Below are positions 28,975 to 38,093 of a stretch of 64,000 nucleotides of DNA, piece after piece (within the stretch, counting starts at the first letter, position 1; each line of letters starts with the position of its first letter). Source of the DNA: a virus; IMG/VR virus record IMGVR_UViG_3300037502_003155, positions 1-64,000 of that record, one strand, 5' to 3'. The position numbers and the translations under genes are program-made. The notes beneath the pieces were generated by a model. It saw only the letters and a program-made list of their open reading frames with translations, did no database searches and was not told where the DNA came from.

Positions 28975-31341
28975 ATGGTTGTGAGTCAACAAAGACAAAT
29001 TGACTTTCCCGCTAGCGCCCCCGTGGCGTATCCGCTGTTCTACCGCACCTATAGCCGCGTCACCGACGAGGGCCAACGCGAATCCTGGGAACAGGTCTGC
29101 CGCCGCACTGTGGCGGGACTCAAAGAACTGGGGGCGCTGAATGACGACGAAACCGCACTGCTGGCCCGGATGCAGCGCCAGGTTGTTGCCTTGCCCTCCG
29201 GTCGGTGGCTATGGGTCGGCGGAACTGACTGGAGCAAGAAACCTGAGAACTTTTCGGGTAGCTATAACTGCACAAGCACGAACGTACTAGACTGGCGTGC
29301 CTTTGGCTTGATGATGGATTTGGCCATGCAAGGCTGTGGCACCGGGGCCGTGCTTGAAGATCGGTATATCAGCCAGTTGCCCGTGATTCGCAATCGGCTG
29401 AACGTGGTGGTTGATGGGGAGATTGGTAGCGCCCGACCTGAGGAAAAGCACGATAGTACGGTATTGGCCATCAATGGCAATCGCGTCATCATCCAGGTGG
29501 GCGATAGTCGCCAAGGATGGGCAGAGTCTTATCAGAAGTTGCTAGAGCTATCCAGTGCAGGGCGCTTTGATGGCCCTGTTGATGTGGTTGTTGACCTGTC
29601 CTCTGTACGCCCTTCCGGGGCACGTCTGCGGGGCTTCGGGGGCATTGCTAATCCAGTTAAGCTGCCGGGGCTCTATGGCCGTTGTGCGGCGATTCTGAAT
29701 AAGGCCATTGGACGAAAACTCAATGCCGTAGAATGCTGCCTTCTGATTGATGAGGCGGCGTCAGTAGTGGTGGCGGGCAATGTCCGAAGATCAGCGGGGA
29801 TGCGTCAATTTGACAGCACCGACGCCCTTGCCGCCACCGCCAAAGACGACCTTTGGCAACAAGACGCCGAGGGCAACTGGCGGATCGACCCAGAACGCGA
29901 TGCCTTGCGGATGGCCAACCATACCCGTGTGTTCCACCAAAAGCCTAGCCTGGAGGACTGCACTGCCGCCGTGCAGAAGCAGTTTTACTCTGGCGAGGGT
30001 GCGATTCAATGGGCGGGTGAGGCCGTCGCCCGCTCCAATGCGGATCTGCTCAACACCCCTGAAAAGAAACGGGAATTTATTGCCCAGTATGTTGAGGGCA
30101 AGGGCGCGGAATATTTAGGGGCATTGATGGCCGATGGCCCTAGCTTTGAAAGTGAGTTACAACACCGATTGCAGCGCTATGCCCTGAATCCATGTGGTGA
30201 GATAATCTCCGCAGATTTCTTTTGTAACCTTTCTGAGGTGCATCTGAATCAACTCAATCCGCACGATTTCGAGGCTCAAAACGACGCCTTCACAGCAGCG
30301 GGGTTATCGGTGGCTGTGTTGTTAAACCACCAATTTGTTGAGCCACGTTATAAACAAGCCCGTGAATTTGACCCCATCGTAGGGGTATCCTTTACCGGGC
30401 TATTCGACTTCTTTGTGAATGCCTTTGGCGTAGACTGGCTGCGCTGGTGGGAGGCGGGACGGCCTAGCAACTGGAGCAGCTTGGGAGAGGATGCCGTATG
30501 GATTCCCCTTGGTGAAAAATTCAGCCAGGCCAACGCCGAATTTATGGCCCAAAGCGAATACTTCAGGTTGCGTGAACAGGAATACCTCACCCGCTGGGGC
30601 AACATCGCTCACCAAGCCGTGTGGGACTACTGCGACCGCCACGGCCTAAAGCGCCCCAACCGTTGCACCACCGTGCAGCCTGCGGGATCTAAGTCCCTGC
30701 TAACCGGGGCATCCCCAGGCTGGCATCCTCCCAAGGCACAGCGCTTTATCCGGCGCGTCACCTTCCGCAAGGGCGACCCCGTGGCCCTGGCCTGCATCGA
30801 CTATGGCTATACCGTGGTGCCCTCGCAGTCCGACAAAGACGATGACGGCAACCTACTCAACGATCCCTTCGACCCCCGTTGTACCGAGTGGCTGGTAGAG
30901 ATTCCGGTAGAGGTGCCCTGGGCTAACCTGCCGGGTGCCGATGCCATCCACATCGAGCGATTCAGTGTGGCGGCACAGTTTGATTTCTACATGCAGGTGC
31001 AGAAGCACTATGCGACCCATAACGTTTCTAGTACCTTGGAAATGCGCGAGGGCGAAATTGAGGAACTAGCTGAGCTAATCCACAACGCCATCGAAAACGA
31101 CGAGGGCTATATTTCAGCGGCCCTCCTAGCCCGCTTCGATGACCTCCAGACGTTTCCCCGATTGCCCTTTGAGCCCATCGACAAGGCCACCTATGATACG
31201 CTGTCAGCGGCGGTGCTAGAACGGCGGGCGACTGATGATTTCCACCAAGCTTTGGCCCGGTACGATGCCGGAGAATTAGTCGAGGCTGGCCCCGCTGGTT
31301 GCGACTCGGATAAGTGCATGATGCCGGAGAAAAAGCGCTAA
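28975..31341 (+). CDS. nrdJ: class II (adenosylcobalamin-dependent) ribonucleotide reductase
   Basis: YRTYSR, SGRWLW, YNC, NPCGEI, CNLSE, TVQPAG, C-terminal GCDSDKC; no intein. Confidence 0.95.
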   Translation: MVVSQQRQIDFPASAPVAYPLFYRTYSRVTDEGQRESWEQVCRRTVAGLKELGALNDDETALLARMQRQVVALPSGRWLWVGGTDWSKKPENFSGSYNCTSTNVLDWRAFGLMMDLAMQGCGTGAVLEDRYISQLPVIRNRLNVVVDGEIGSARPEEKHDSTVLAINGNRVIIQVGDSRQGWAESYQKLLELSSAGRFDGPVDVVVDLSSVRPSGARLRGFGGIANPVKLPGLYGRCAAILNKAIGRKLNAVECCLLIDEAASVVVAGNVRRSAGMRQFDSTDALAATAKDDLWQQDAEGNWRIDPERDALRMANHTRVFHQKPSLEDCTAAVQKQFYSGEGAIQWAGEAVARSNADLLNTPEKKREFIAQYVEGKGAEYLGALMADGPSFESELQHRLQRYALNPCGEIISADFFCNLSEVHLNQLNPHDFEAQNDAFTAAGLSVAVLLNHQFVEPRYKQAREFDPIVGVSFTGLFDFFVNAFGVDWLRWWEAGRPSNWSSLGEDAVWIPLGEKFSQANAEFMAQSEYFRLREQEYLTRWGNIAHQAVWDYCDRHGLKRPNRCTTVQPAGSKSLLTGASPGWHPPKAQRFIRRVTFRKGDPVALACIDYGYTVVPSQSDKDDDGNLLNDPFDPRCTEWLVEIPVEVPWANLPGADAIHIERFSVAAQFDFYMQVQKHYATHNVSSTLEMREGEIEELAELIHNAIENDEGYISAALLARFDDLQTFPRLPFEPIDKATYDTLSAAVLERRATDDFHQALARYDAGELVEAGPAGCDSDKCMMPEKKR

Positions 31342-31520
31342 TGGACATTCGCCCCCGCACAGACGAATTGATTGATGAAGTCGTAGACAGCCAAACCATG
31401 CTTCACCTTGAGAAGATGTGTGGGGGTGTATGGCATCTGAAGCTTTCAAAAGGAAATCAATGGTGCTTGTTTAACTTTTACCGTGGGCAAATGATTTTAA
31501 TTGACAGAGGCACAGCATGA
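31341..31520 (+). CDS. small hypothetical protein
   Basis: TAATG coupling to nrdJ; paralog of 31711. Confidence 0.55.
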   Translation: MDIRPRTDELIDEVVDSQTMLHLEKMCGGVWHLKLSKGNQWCLFNFYRGQMILIDRGTA

Positions 31521-31710
31521 TTAACTTGTTACCTCTTTGCCTGAAAACGGTGACATGGCACAATCGCATTTTTCGATTTAGTCAACCGATTTTCTTGCAA
31601 CCTGAATTAAACAAGGAAAGCCAACAGCTTTATGTTGTCGAAGAACCACGCCTAACGCTGTATGCTTATGCCCAAACCCGTGAACAGTTGACTCAGGAAA
31701 TTAGAACGAC

Positions 31711-31893
31711 ATGGAAATTCGCCGCAACCCTGACAACTCCATTGATGAAATCGTGGCTAATGGTGCCTCGGTTCATATTGAGGACATGGGCGGCGGCGAA
31801 TGGTTCCTTCGGATAGATGAGGGAGATCGATGGTGGATCTTCTTTCAGCACAAGGGCAAGTGGTCGCTGTTTGAATCGTCAGACGAATCGTAA
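31711..31893 (+). CDS. small hypothetical protein
   Basis: paralog of 31341; followed by a terminator hairpin. Confidence 0.55.
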   Translation: MEIRRNPDNSIDEIVANGASVHIEDMGGGEWFLRIDEGDRWWIFFQHKGKWSLFESSDES

Positions 31894-32010
31894 CCCCTCT
31901 CTGCAATGCCCCGATGCCTATGGTGTTGGGGGCATTGCTTTTCTGAGTGAACGACGAAACTTTTGCACAGGCCGATCCACTGCAATCACCAACAGCCAGG
32001 ATAGTGATTA

Positions 32011-32721
32011 TCAATTTGTTGGGTAAGGATCTGAGGGAATGCCTGATATTGCCCTAACAACGCCGCGTGTTACCCTAATATCGTCTATTCTCCCTGCAAA
32101 TTGCCAGGAGGGATTTATAGTAGAAGACCCTCCAATTTGATTTGCAAATGGACTGGAATTAATCAACCCACCATTAGTCCCTGAGTTTTCAAGGTTGCCA
32201 TCTATATAGATAGCCCATATTCCTGTCGAGTGATTATAAGTAAATGCTACATAATAAGTAGTATTTGCAACCAAAGATGTGGTGGAATTTAGAAAATTAG
32301 TTCCGGATCTACTGGCAGATAATTTGTTTCCCTGGACAAATAAAATAAAAGATCCAATCTGGGTGGCACTACTGTTTCCATAACTGGTATAGATAATCTT
32401 ATTTCCCGTTACATTGTCTGGGCGTATAAAAGCTTCAATTGTAAAGCTTTCGTTTCTTAGTCCAAAATGAGGGATAGACAGGTTCCCACCAGAACCGCTA
32501 AACAATCCTGAGCTTGTACCTCTTAGAGGGGTTGTGGTTGTAATTACCGGGGTTGTAGAAACTACATTAACTGTTCTAGAAAATGCGCTTGAGTCAGTAA
32601 AGGTAGTGCTGTTATTCGCACCCTCAAAACTTAGAAGTAAGTTGACATTACTCCAATTAGGGTCAGTCTCACCACCACCCCGAAACGCTTTCCGTCGGTG
32701 CATCAAATAGGGGTTTACCAT
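32011..32721 (-). CDS. LamG/ConA-like tail-associated protein
   Basis: DP.W.NV.LLL..EG.N.STTFTDSS, FTIEA.I, G.IDDIRVT.GV. Confidence 0.85.
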   Translation of the reverse strand: MVNPYLMHRRKAFRGGGETDPNWSNVNLLLSFEGANNSTTFTDSSAFSRTVNVVSTTPVITTTTPLRGTSSGLFSGSGGNLSIPHFGLRNESFTIEAFIRPDNVTGNKIIYTSYGNSSATQIGSFILFVQGNKLSASRSGTNFLNSTTSLVANTTYYVAFTYNHSTGIWAIYIDGNLENSGTNGGLINSSPFANQIGGSSTINPSWQFAGRIDDIRVTRGVVRAISGIPSDPYPTN

Positions 32722-35700
32722 GCTGTTGGCTCCGTCGCTGTTTCGGTGTATTGAAGCCTGATTCCAATCAGCCGCGCATCAGCGGTTAGGGTGTCGGCCA
32801 CATCCCGGAACACCTCAAAATACAGCCAGTCATCTACCGCAGGGGTGCCCGCAATGGTGATGGCCGCTGTGGATGCGGTGACGTGCAAATCCCCCGTAGC
32901 GATCAGGGTATCGGTCACGCTCTGAGGTGTCCCGTAGGCCGTGTCTAGGGCGTCGTCATCGGCCAAACTGCCAGCCTCCAGTGCCCAGGTAACGGTGCCT
33001 GTACCCGCCGCTGCTGTCCAATAGAATTTGGCCTTTACCGTGCCCCCATTCCACGCCTGAGGCAGGGATAGCTGAAAACACGCGGCCTCGCTGGTGGTTT
33101 GGTCAAAGTCCAAAACATCGTAGGTGATGTCATTGGTGGCAGTCTCCACCGTCGCCACCGCTGCGCCGTTGGTCGTCCTGGGCGTCATCGCCCCGGCCCC
33201 GATCCACAGTTCGCGCACTATCCCTGTTCGGGTGCCGTTGGATGCAGCGGTGATGCGCCCTTGGGCGTCCACGGTTAGGTTGGTGTTGGTATAGCTACCC
33301 GCCGAAACAGCGGTGCTTGCTAGCTTTGCCGCCGTTACAGCCCCCGTGTCGATTGTCCAGGTTGCCCCGGCACTAGACACAGTAATATCGCCCTTGTCCC
33401 CATCAGATACCCCGCTACCTGTGCCTATCTGAGTCTCACTACCCCCGGACGGTCGGTAGTAAAGCAGGTTGTCCGATTTTGCGTAGACAATAGTATTCCC
33501 CGCCGCAGGGGCCGATGGGGTGGCGATATGCTCTAGGGTGAGGCCAGAGGCAGCGGAGACTGACCCGGATGCACCCGTGGGGCCAATTAGCGAGGTTGGG
33601 CTACCCCATGAACCGCCAACCTTGGGGCCGTAGATGGCGTTGGCTGTAGTGTCAATGTAGAAATCCCCGTCGGCACCTGTCCCACCTCCAGGGGCTCCGC
33701 TTCCGCTTAGGATGGTGCTACCATCGGCCCCCGCTGCACCCGTCGTCCCTTGCGGCCCGATCAACGAGGTCGGGCTTCCCCATGCGCCCCCAGTTTTTGG
33801 GCCATAGAGGGCATCTGCGGTGGTATCAAGGTAGAAGTCACCGTTCACCCCCGTTCCACCGCTAGGGGCACCGTTTCCGCTCAGAATGGTATTTCCCGCT
33901 GGCCCCTGTTCCCCCGGTCGGCCCGCAATGTAGGTTTTACTGCCACTGGCCACGGTCGCCCCTGGCGAAGCATTGCCCGTGGCCCCAGTATTTTGCAGGG
34001 AGAGGGATGTCGATGAGGGCTTGCTAACCACGGTATAAGCCCCGCCCCCCTCCACAAACACCGTCGCCACTGCCGGGAAGATCCGCGAGTTACGAACGTT
34101 GACGGTGACGTTAGCCCCGATAGAAGGCTGGGTAAAGCTAGCGGTGGTCAGGGAGTAGGGCAAAAAATTAAACAGCGTTGACCAAGTGGTGGCACTGCTC
34201 TTTTTGAGGACATCGCCATAGGTGGTAAGAGCATCATTCGCCATTACCGCCAAATCCCCTGTTTCCCCCGTTGCCGCCGTAGGTGCCGCCTGAAGCACTA
34301 GGATTTGATCGGAGTCATCCTTGACCCAACGCCCTGCACTGGGATAGGCGATATCGAATGGGCGAACAAATTGAGTCCCCCAACTCGCCACGATGGCCGC
34401 ACCATTGGCTAAGGTGCCGTTGCCACTAGAGTAGGTCACGGTGACCGTGCGGTAGGCTCCGCTATCTGCCACCGCGCTGATGATGTACTCGGCATAGGTC
34501 GCTTCTGTGGAGACCGATTGCAGCCTCAAAGTCTGGTTTGCCGCAAGGGCATCTAACAGTGTCGCCACCGATGTACTAGCGCTGTTGGTTTCGGAGAGGT
34601 AAACCGTGGTGACGCTGGCCAGGGTGGCATTGTTGACCCGGACTTGCCCCGATGCTGGCCCTGGTGTTGTGGTTGTGGAAAACAGGTAATCAGCGTCTTC
34701 GGTGACAGTCTCAGCCGCCTGCCAACGGTAGGGATTCCCTTCGGCTGCGCAAAAGACTTCTTTGTAGGTGGTACGGTCACTAGGGCCAAGGCTCTGCAAA
34801 TCCCAAACCGTATCGACCGGACGGCCTAGGTAAGTCAGCAGTTGAAACAGGTCGGCTAGGTTGCCGTCTACTTCAGTGATGCAGCCCGACGTGGTGCGAT
34901 GGTCAATACTGGTGACGGTGCTATCAAACCGAAAGGCTATGGCGACTTCATAGTTCTGGGAAGTGAAGACCGAACTACCTGCGGTGGGTACCGGGACAAA
35001 GCTATCGTCGGCGGGCTCGTATAGCCCAAAGCGATCATTGGGCCTTGCCGGGGGTTCAGTGCCCCCGCTATCCACACCAGACACAGCCCCCACGGTGAAG
35101 ACATCAGAGGCGTTGCCTTGGGTAACGGGGAAATCCCAGTAGATCGCATTGCCGCCCCCGGTGGGTCTAACGTAAACCCGTACCGTATCCGCATTAAATT
35201 GGCCTAGGGTGCTACCTGCAATTGCGTCGTCATAGTCGAGGCGGATTGCCGTGGGGTAGGTGACGGTGACTTGGGCATAAAGGGCGTTGGAGAGGGTGAC
35301 GGGGGCGCTCCATGCCGTGGCCTTGCCTTGTCCGTCTACGGTGCCCACAATGGCCCTCAATGGGGCATAATCAGGCACGGTGCTAGACACCAGGCAATCG
35401 CCACTGGCATTGATGACCACGTTTTGGTTGGCCGTGTTGGCCAGCAGTCCCGTTACTGATTGTTCCCCCACATTGGTAAAACTGAACCCCTTGTTTAGGG
35501 GTAACTGAAGGATGCCTGACCCATTTAAGGACAAAGGGTTCAGCGTCCTAGTAGGGACTAGGCGGCGACGGTCGTACTCTCCCAAGATGACCGACCCCGT
35601 GATGGCAGCGGCATTGTTGGGGGTAGCATTCTCAGCAAAGAAGGATGGGGTAATCCTCAGAACGGTGCCGTCGGGGATCTGGGTGGTCAGCGTGGCTACA

Positions 35701-36674
35701 TCAAGGTTGGCGCGAATGCTCACCACGTAGGCCGAGCCAGCGGGCAACGCCTTTTGCAGGATAAGCCCCGTGTCACCATCCCCGGTATAGGTCACGGATT
35801 CCCCAATACCCGCCATGGTGCCCACACCACCGCTACCTGTGGTGTCTAATACCCCAGTAGAGACGTTGACAAACCCTAGAAAGGCTAGCTCGATGCCGCC
35901 AATGATGCCCGCCAGGTTCGTTAGGTCAGTGTCGATGCCGCCAATATCTGCCGAAACGGTGAGGCCCACACGAGTCCCCTGAGCAACGGGGCTAGCGTCG
36001 TTGTTGGTTAGCCAGTATTTGATGGGTTCTGAGTCCCCAGAAAGGGCATAGCTGGGGTAGATGATGGCGCTTAGGTCTGTGATGGCCGATAGACTTTGGC
36101 TGGCCCCTAACGTCCCCTCAAGGCTGGTGGTGTAGCCGCTGAATACCTGAGGGATAGCCACGACCCAGGCTGTAGATGCAGCGCTCCATTCGTAGATCGC
36201 CCCGTCGAGGTCGTCGATAGAGCGGCGTATCCCGTTGATCCTGTTTGCCCCCGTGGGTAGGTTGGCACTGCTGGCGACGGTTAGGGAGGTGAGATTGATG
36301 TGTTCGTTCTCGGTGAGGTCGATGGTAAAGGGCGGGGGCAATACCGTCGTTCCGTCGGTGTCGATGCCAGGTTTAGCCGCAATGATGACGGCATTAAGGG
36401 GGTTAGTGTCAGCGCTGCAAAGGATGCTGTAGGAACGAATATCCACTCCCCCTGACGGGTATGGTAGGACAGTTGATGGAATGGTGAGGCGTAAACCCGA
36501 TCCGCTGGCGATAGTGGCCTCTACACGGGTTGAAACGAGAGAGAACCCGCCACGGGATTGAGTTTGTAGCCAGAACGAATAGGTGCCCGCCCGTGTGGTG
36601 ATATTCCCGGCAATGATGCCCGTAGTGAGTGCCGGGGGATTGGATGGGGCCGCTGCATATTGGTATCTGGGCAT
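32715..36674 (-). CDS. tail fibre / large virion protein with collagen-like repeats
   Basis: Gxx triplets, duplicated GAP..G.G.DGDFY.DT....YGPK unit, GSYTN...TVDAQGRIT fibre motif. Confidence 0.85.
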   Translation of the reverse strand: MPRYQYAAAPSNPPALTTGIIAGNITTRAGTYSFWLQTQSRGGFSLVSTRVEATIASGSGLRLTIPSTVLPYPSGGVDIRSYSILCSADTNPLNAVIIAAKPGIDTDGTTVLPPPFTIDLTENEHINLTSLTVASSANLPTGANRINGIRRSIDDLDGAIYEWSAASTAWVVAIPQVFSGYTTSLEGTLGASQSLSAITDLSAIIYPSYALSGDSEPIKYWLTNNDASPVAQGTRVGLTVSADIGGIDTDLTNLAGIIGGIELAFLGFVNVSTGVLDTTGSGGVGTMAGIGESVTYTGDGDTGLILQKALPAGSAYVVSIRANLDVATLTTQIPDGTVLRITPSFFAENATPNNAAAITGSVILGEYDRRRLVPTRTLNPLSLNGSGILQLPLNKGFSFTNVGEQSVTGLLANTANQNVVINASGDCLVSSTVPDYAPLRAIVGTVDGQGKATAWSAPVTLSNALYAQVTVTYPTAIRLDYDDAIAGSTLGQFNADTVRVYVRPTGGGNAIYWDFPVTQGNASDVFTVGAVSGVDSGGTEPPARPNDRFGLYEPADDSFVPVPTAGSSVFTSQNYEVAIAFRFDSTVTSIDHRTTSGCITEVDGNLADLFQLLTYLGRPVDTVWDLQSLGPSDRTTYKEVFCAAEGNPYRWQAAETVTEDADYLFSTTTTPGPASGQVRVNNATLASVTTVYLSETNSASTSVATLLDALAANQTLRLQSVSTEATYAEYIISAVADSGAYRTVTVTYSSGNGTLANGAAIVASWGTQFVRPFDIAYPSAGRWVKDDSDQILVLQAAPTAATGETGDLAVMANDALTTYGDVLKKSSATTWSTLFNFLPYSLTTASFTQPSIGANVTVNVRNSRIFPAVATVFVEGGGAYTVVSKPSSTSLSLQNTGATGNASPGATVASGSKTYIAGRPGEQGPAGNTILSGNGAPSGGTGVNGDFYLDTTADALYGPKTGGAWGSPTSLIGPQGTTGAAGADGSTILSGSGAPGGGTGADGDFYIDTTANAIYGPKVGGSWGSPTSLIGPTGASGSVSAASGLTLEHIATPSAPAAGNTIVYAKSDNLLYYRPSGGSETQIGTGSGVSDGDKGDITVSSAGATWTIDTGAVTAAKLASTAVSAGSYTNTNLTVDAQGRITAASNGTRTGIVRELWIGAGAMTPRTTNGAAVATVETATNDITYDVLDFDQTTSEAACFQLSLPQAWNGGTVKAKFYWTAAAGTGTVTWALEAGSLADDDALDTAYGTPQSVTDTLIATGDLHVTASTAAITIAGTPAVDDWLYFEVFRDVADTLTADARLIGIRLQYTETATEPTAW

Positions 36675-36700
36675 GGGTAGGCCGCAATGGGGTCATGCTC

Positions 36701-36750
36701 AGTATGCCGAGGATGGCCTTAGTTGGTCGGGAGTTTGCGGAATCCGCTAA
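36701..36750 (-). promoter_or_regulatory. late promoter (dyad + -10)
   Basis: TTAGCGGATTCCGCAAA-N27-CATACT. Confidence 0.8.
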
Positions 36751-36753
36751 AGG

Positions 36754-37923
36754 CTAGCCCCGTGGGTAGATGGCGACCGATAGGACTTGGCGGGCATTGG
36801 CGGGGGCACCTTGAAAATCAGAACTCAATGATTCGGAAAAGAAACTAGGGTCGCCGTTAGCATCGACTGTCACATATTCCTTGCTAAAAGCAAAGTTTTT
36901 CACCACTCCTCCTTCTGTCAAGAAGAGATCTGTAAAGAAAAAAGTTGAATAACCCTCGTAGGGATTTTGTTTGACAACGTTTCGGCCTTGGAAGATACGT
37001 TTGCCAATCCCTGACAGCATGGGGTCTTCTGGGCTGATGTCGTAAACAAACCTTTTAGGGTCAGCGACAATGTGCCCTGTAATATCCAATGGGTTAGGCT
37101 CCGACACATCAATATCAAGGGTGCCATTAACCCAATACTGAGACTCCATCCAAACGTCACCGTCGGTACGGTCTGGGGCAGGCGTGCCAGGGCTGTGATA
37201 GGGGTTGTGGCGAAGATAGACAAATGTATTATCCCTGCGACGCTGCAAAAAAACAGATACTTGGTTAGACATTGAGTTTAATGTGATTGAGCTAGCGTCA
37301 CTAACGTGTAGCAATCGGCTGTACAAGTGTTGAAATGTAGGGGCAAAATTAGGGCCATAATAGGCAAAATTGTCTACACCCGTCCCTAAAGGTAGGTTAA
37401 ATAGATTGATACCCAATGTCGCATCTGTGTTTTGTGCTACGACACTAGATGATCCATTTTCAAGGGTTGAGGTGATTTGCAGGTTTTCCTTGTCAACAAA
37501 GCCACTATTGATAACGTCTGCCGCATCCTTAGGATCTAAAATAACTGCGTCTAAAGATTGCCTTATGATGTAGCCCAAAAGTGACGGGGGGCTTGCTGAG
37601 CTTAGCCTCGTGCTTGTCCAGCCTAGGGTTATCCGCCGTGGCAGGGTGGTAATTAGCACAGGTGTGCCCCCGTCATCTTGCAGCCACACTTCAGAGTTAG
37701 TGCCATTGACCACCTCGTAAAGGATGGCCGCTGCATAGCCCTCAATAACGACTGGTTCTCGCCGCCGCCTATCCCGTGCCACCTGGCTACGAATTTCAAC
37801 CGTGCCATTGCCAAGGGCGTAGCCATCGAGGTACGTCATCCCATTGCGAATCTGTACCCGGTCACTGCGGGAACCTAAATCGAGTAGCTTTCTGGCAATG
37901 CGTTCGTCGTCTTGCTGGCTCAT
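36754..37923 (-). CDS. putative tail protein
   Basis: position in tail cluster; AT-richer core. Confidence 0.65.
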   Translation of the reverse strand: MSQQDDERIARKLLDLGSRSDRVQIRNGMTYLDGYALGNGTVEIRSQVARDRRRREPVVIEGYAAAILYEVVNGTNSEVWLQDDGGTPVLITTLPRRITLGWTSTRLSSASPPSLLGYIIRQSLDAVILDPKDAADVINSGFVDKENLQITSTLENGSSSVVAQNTDATLGINLFNLPLGTGVDNFAYYGPNFAPTFQHLYSRLLHVSDASSITLNSMSNQVSVFLQRRRDNTFVYLRHNPYHSPGTPAPDRTDGDVWMESQYWVNGTLDIDVSEPNPLDITGHIVADPKRFVYDISPEDPMLSGIGKRIFQGRNVVKQNPYEGYSTFFFTDLFLTEGGVVKNFAFSKEYVTVDANGDPSFFSESLSSDFQGAPANARQVLSVAIYPRG

Positions 37924-38093
37924 CGGAATCGAGGGGTAGACCCGGATTGTTGTACGGTCTGCCCTAGCTGCACGGTGATGGTTTGGTTGCCCTGCTGAAT
38001 CACCAATCGGTTGCCATTCTGTGACACCTGGGGGCCGCTGCGGTCTATCAAGGTTAGCAGCTTGCGGGCTAGGCGTTTGTCTTGGTCGCTCAT
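37920..38093 (-). CDS. small protein paralogous to the N-terminus of the downstream gene (57 aa)
   Basis: MSDQDKRLARKLL vs MSQQDDERIARKLL; coupled at both ends. Confidence 0.6.
   Translation of the reverse strand: MSDQDKRLARKLLTLIDRSGPQVSQNGNRLVIQQGNQTITVQLGQTVQQSGSTPRFR

Noticed and set aside
28975-31341. intein in nrdJ
   Set aside because: NPCGEI and other usual insertion sites are uninterrupted, and the length is normal.
32011-36674. diversity-generating retroelement or invertible tail-fibre cassette
   Set aside because: No reverse transcriptase, invertase or TR/VR pair visible in the window.
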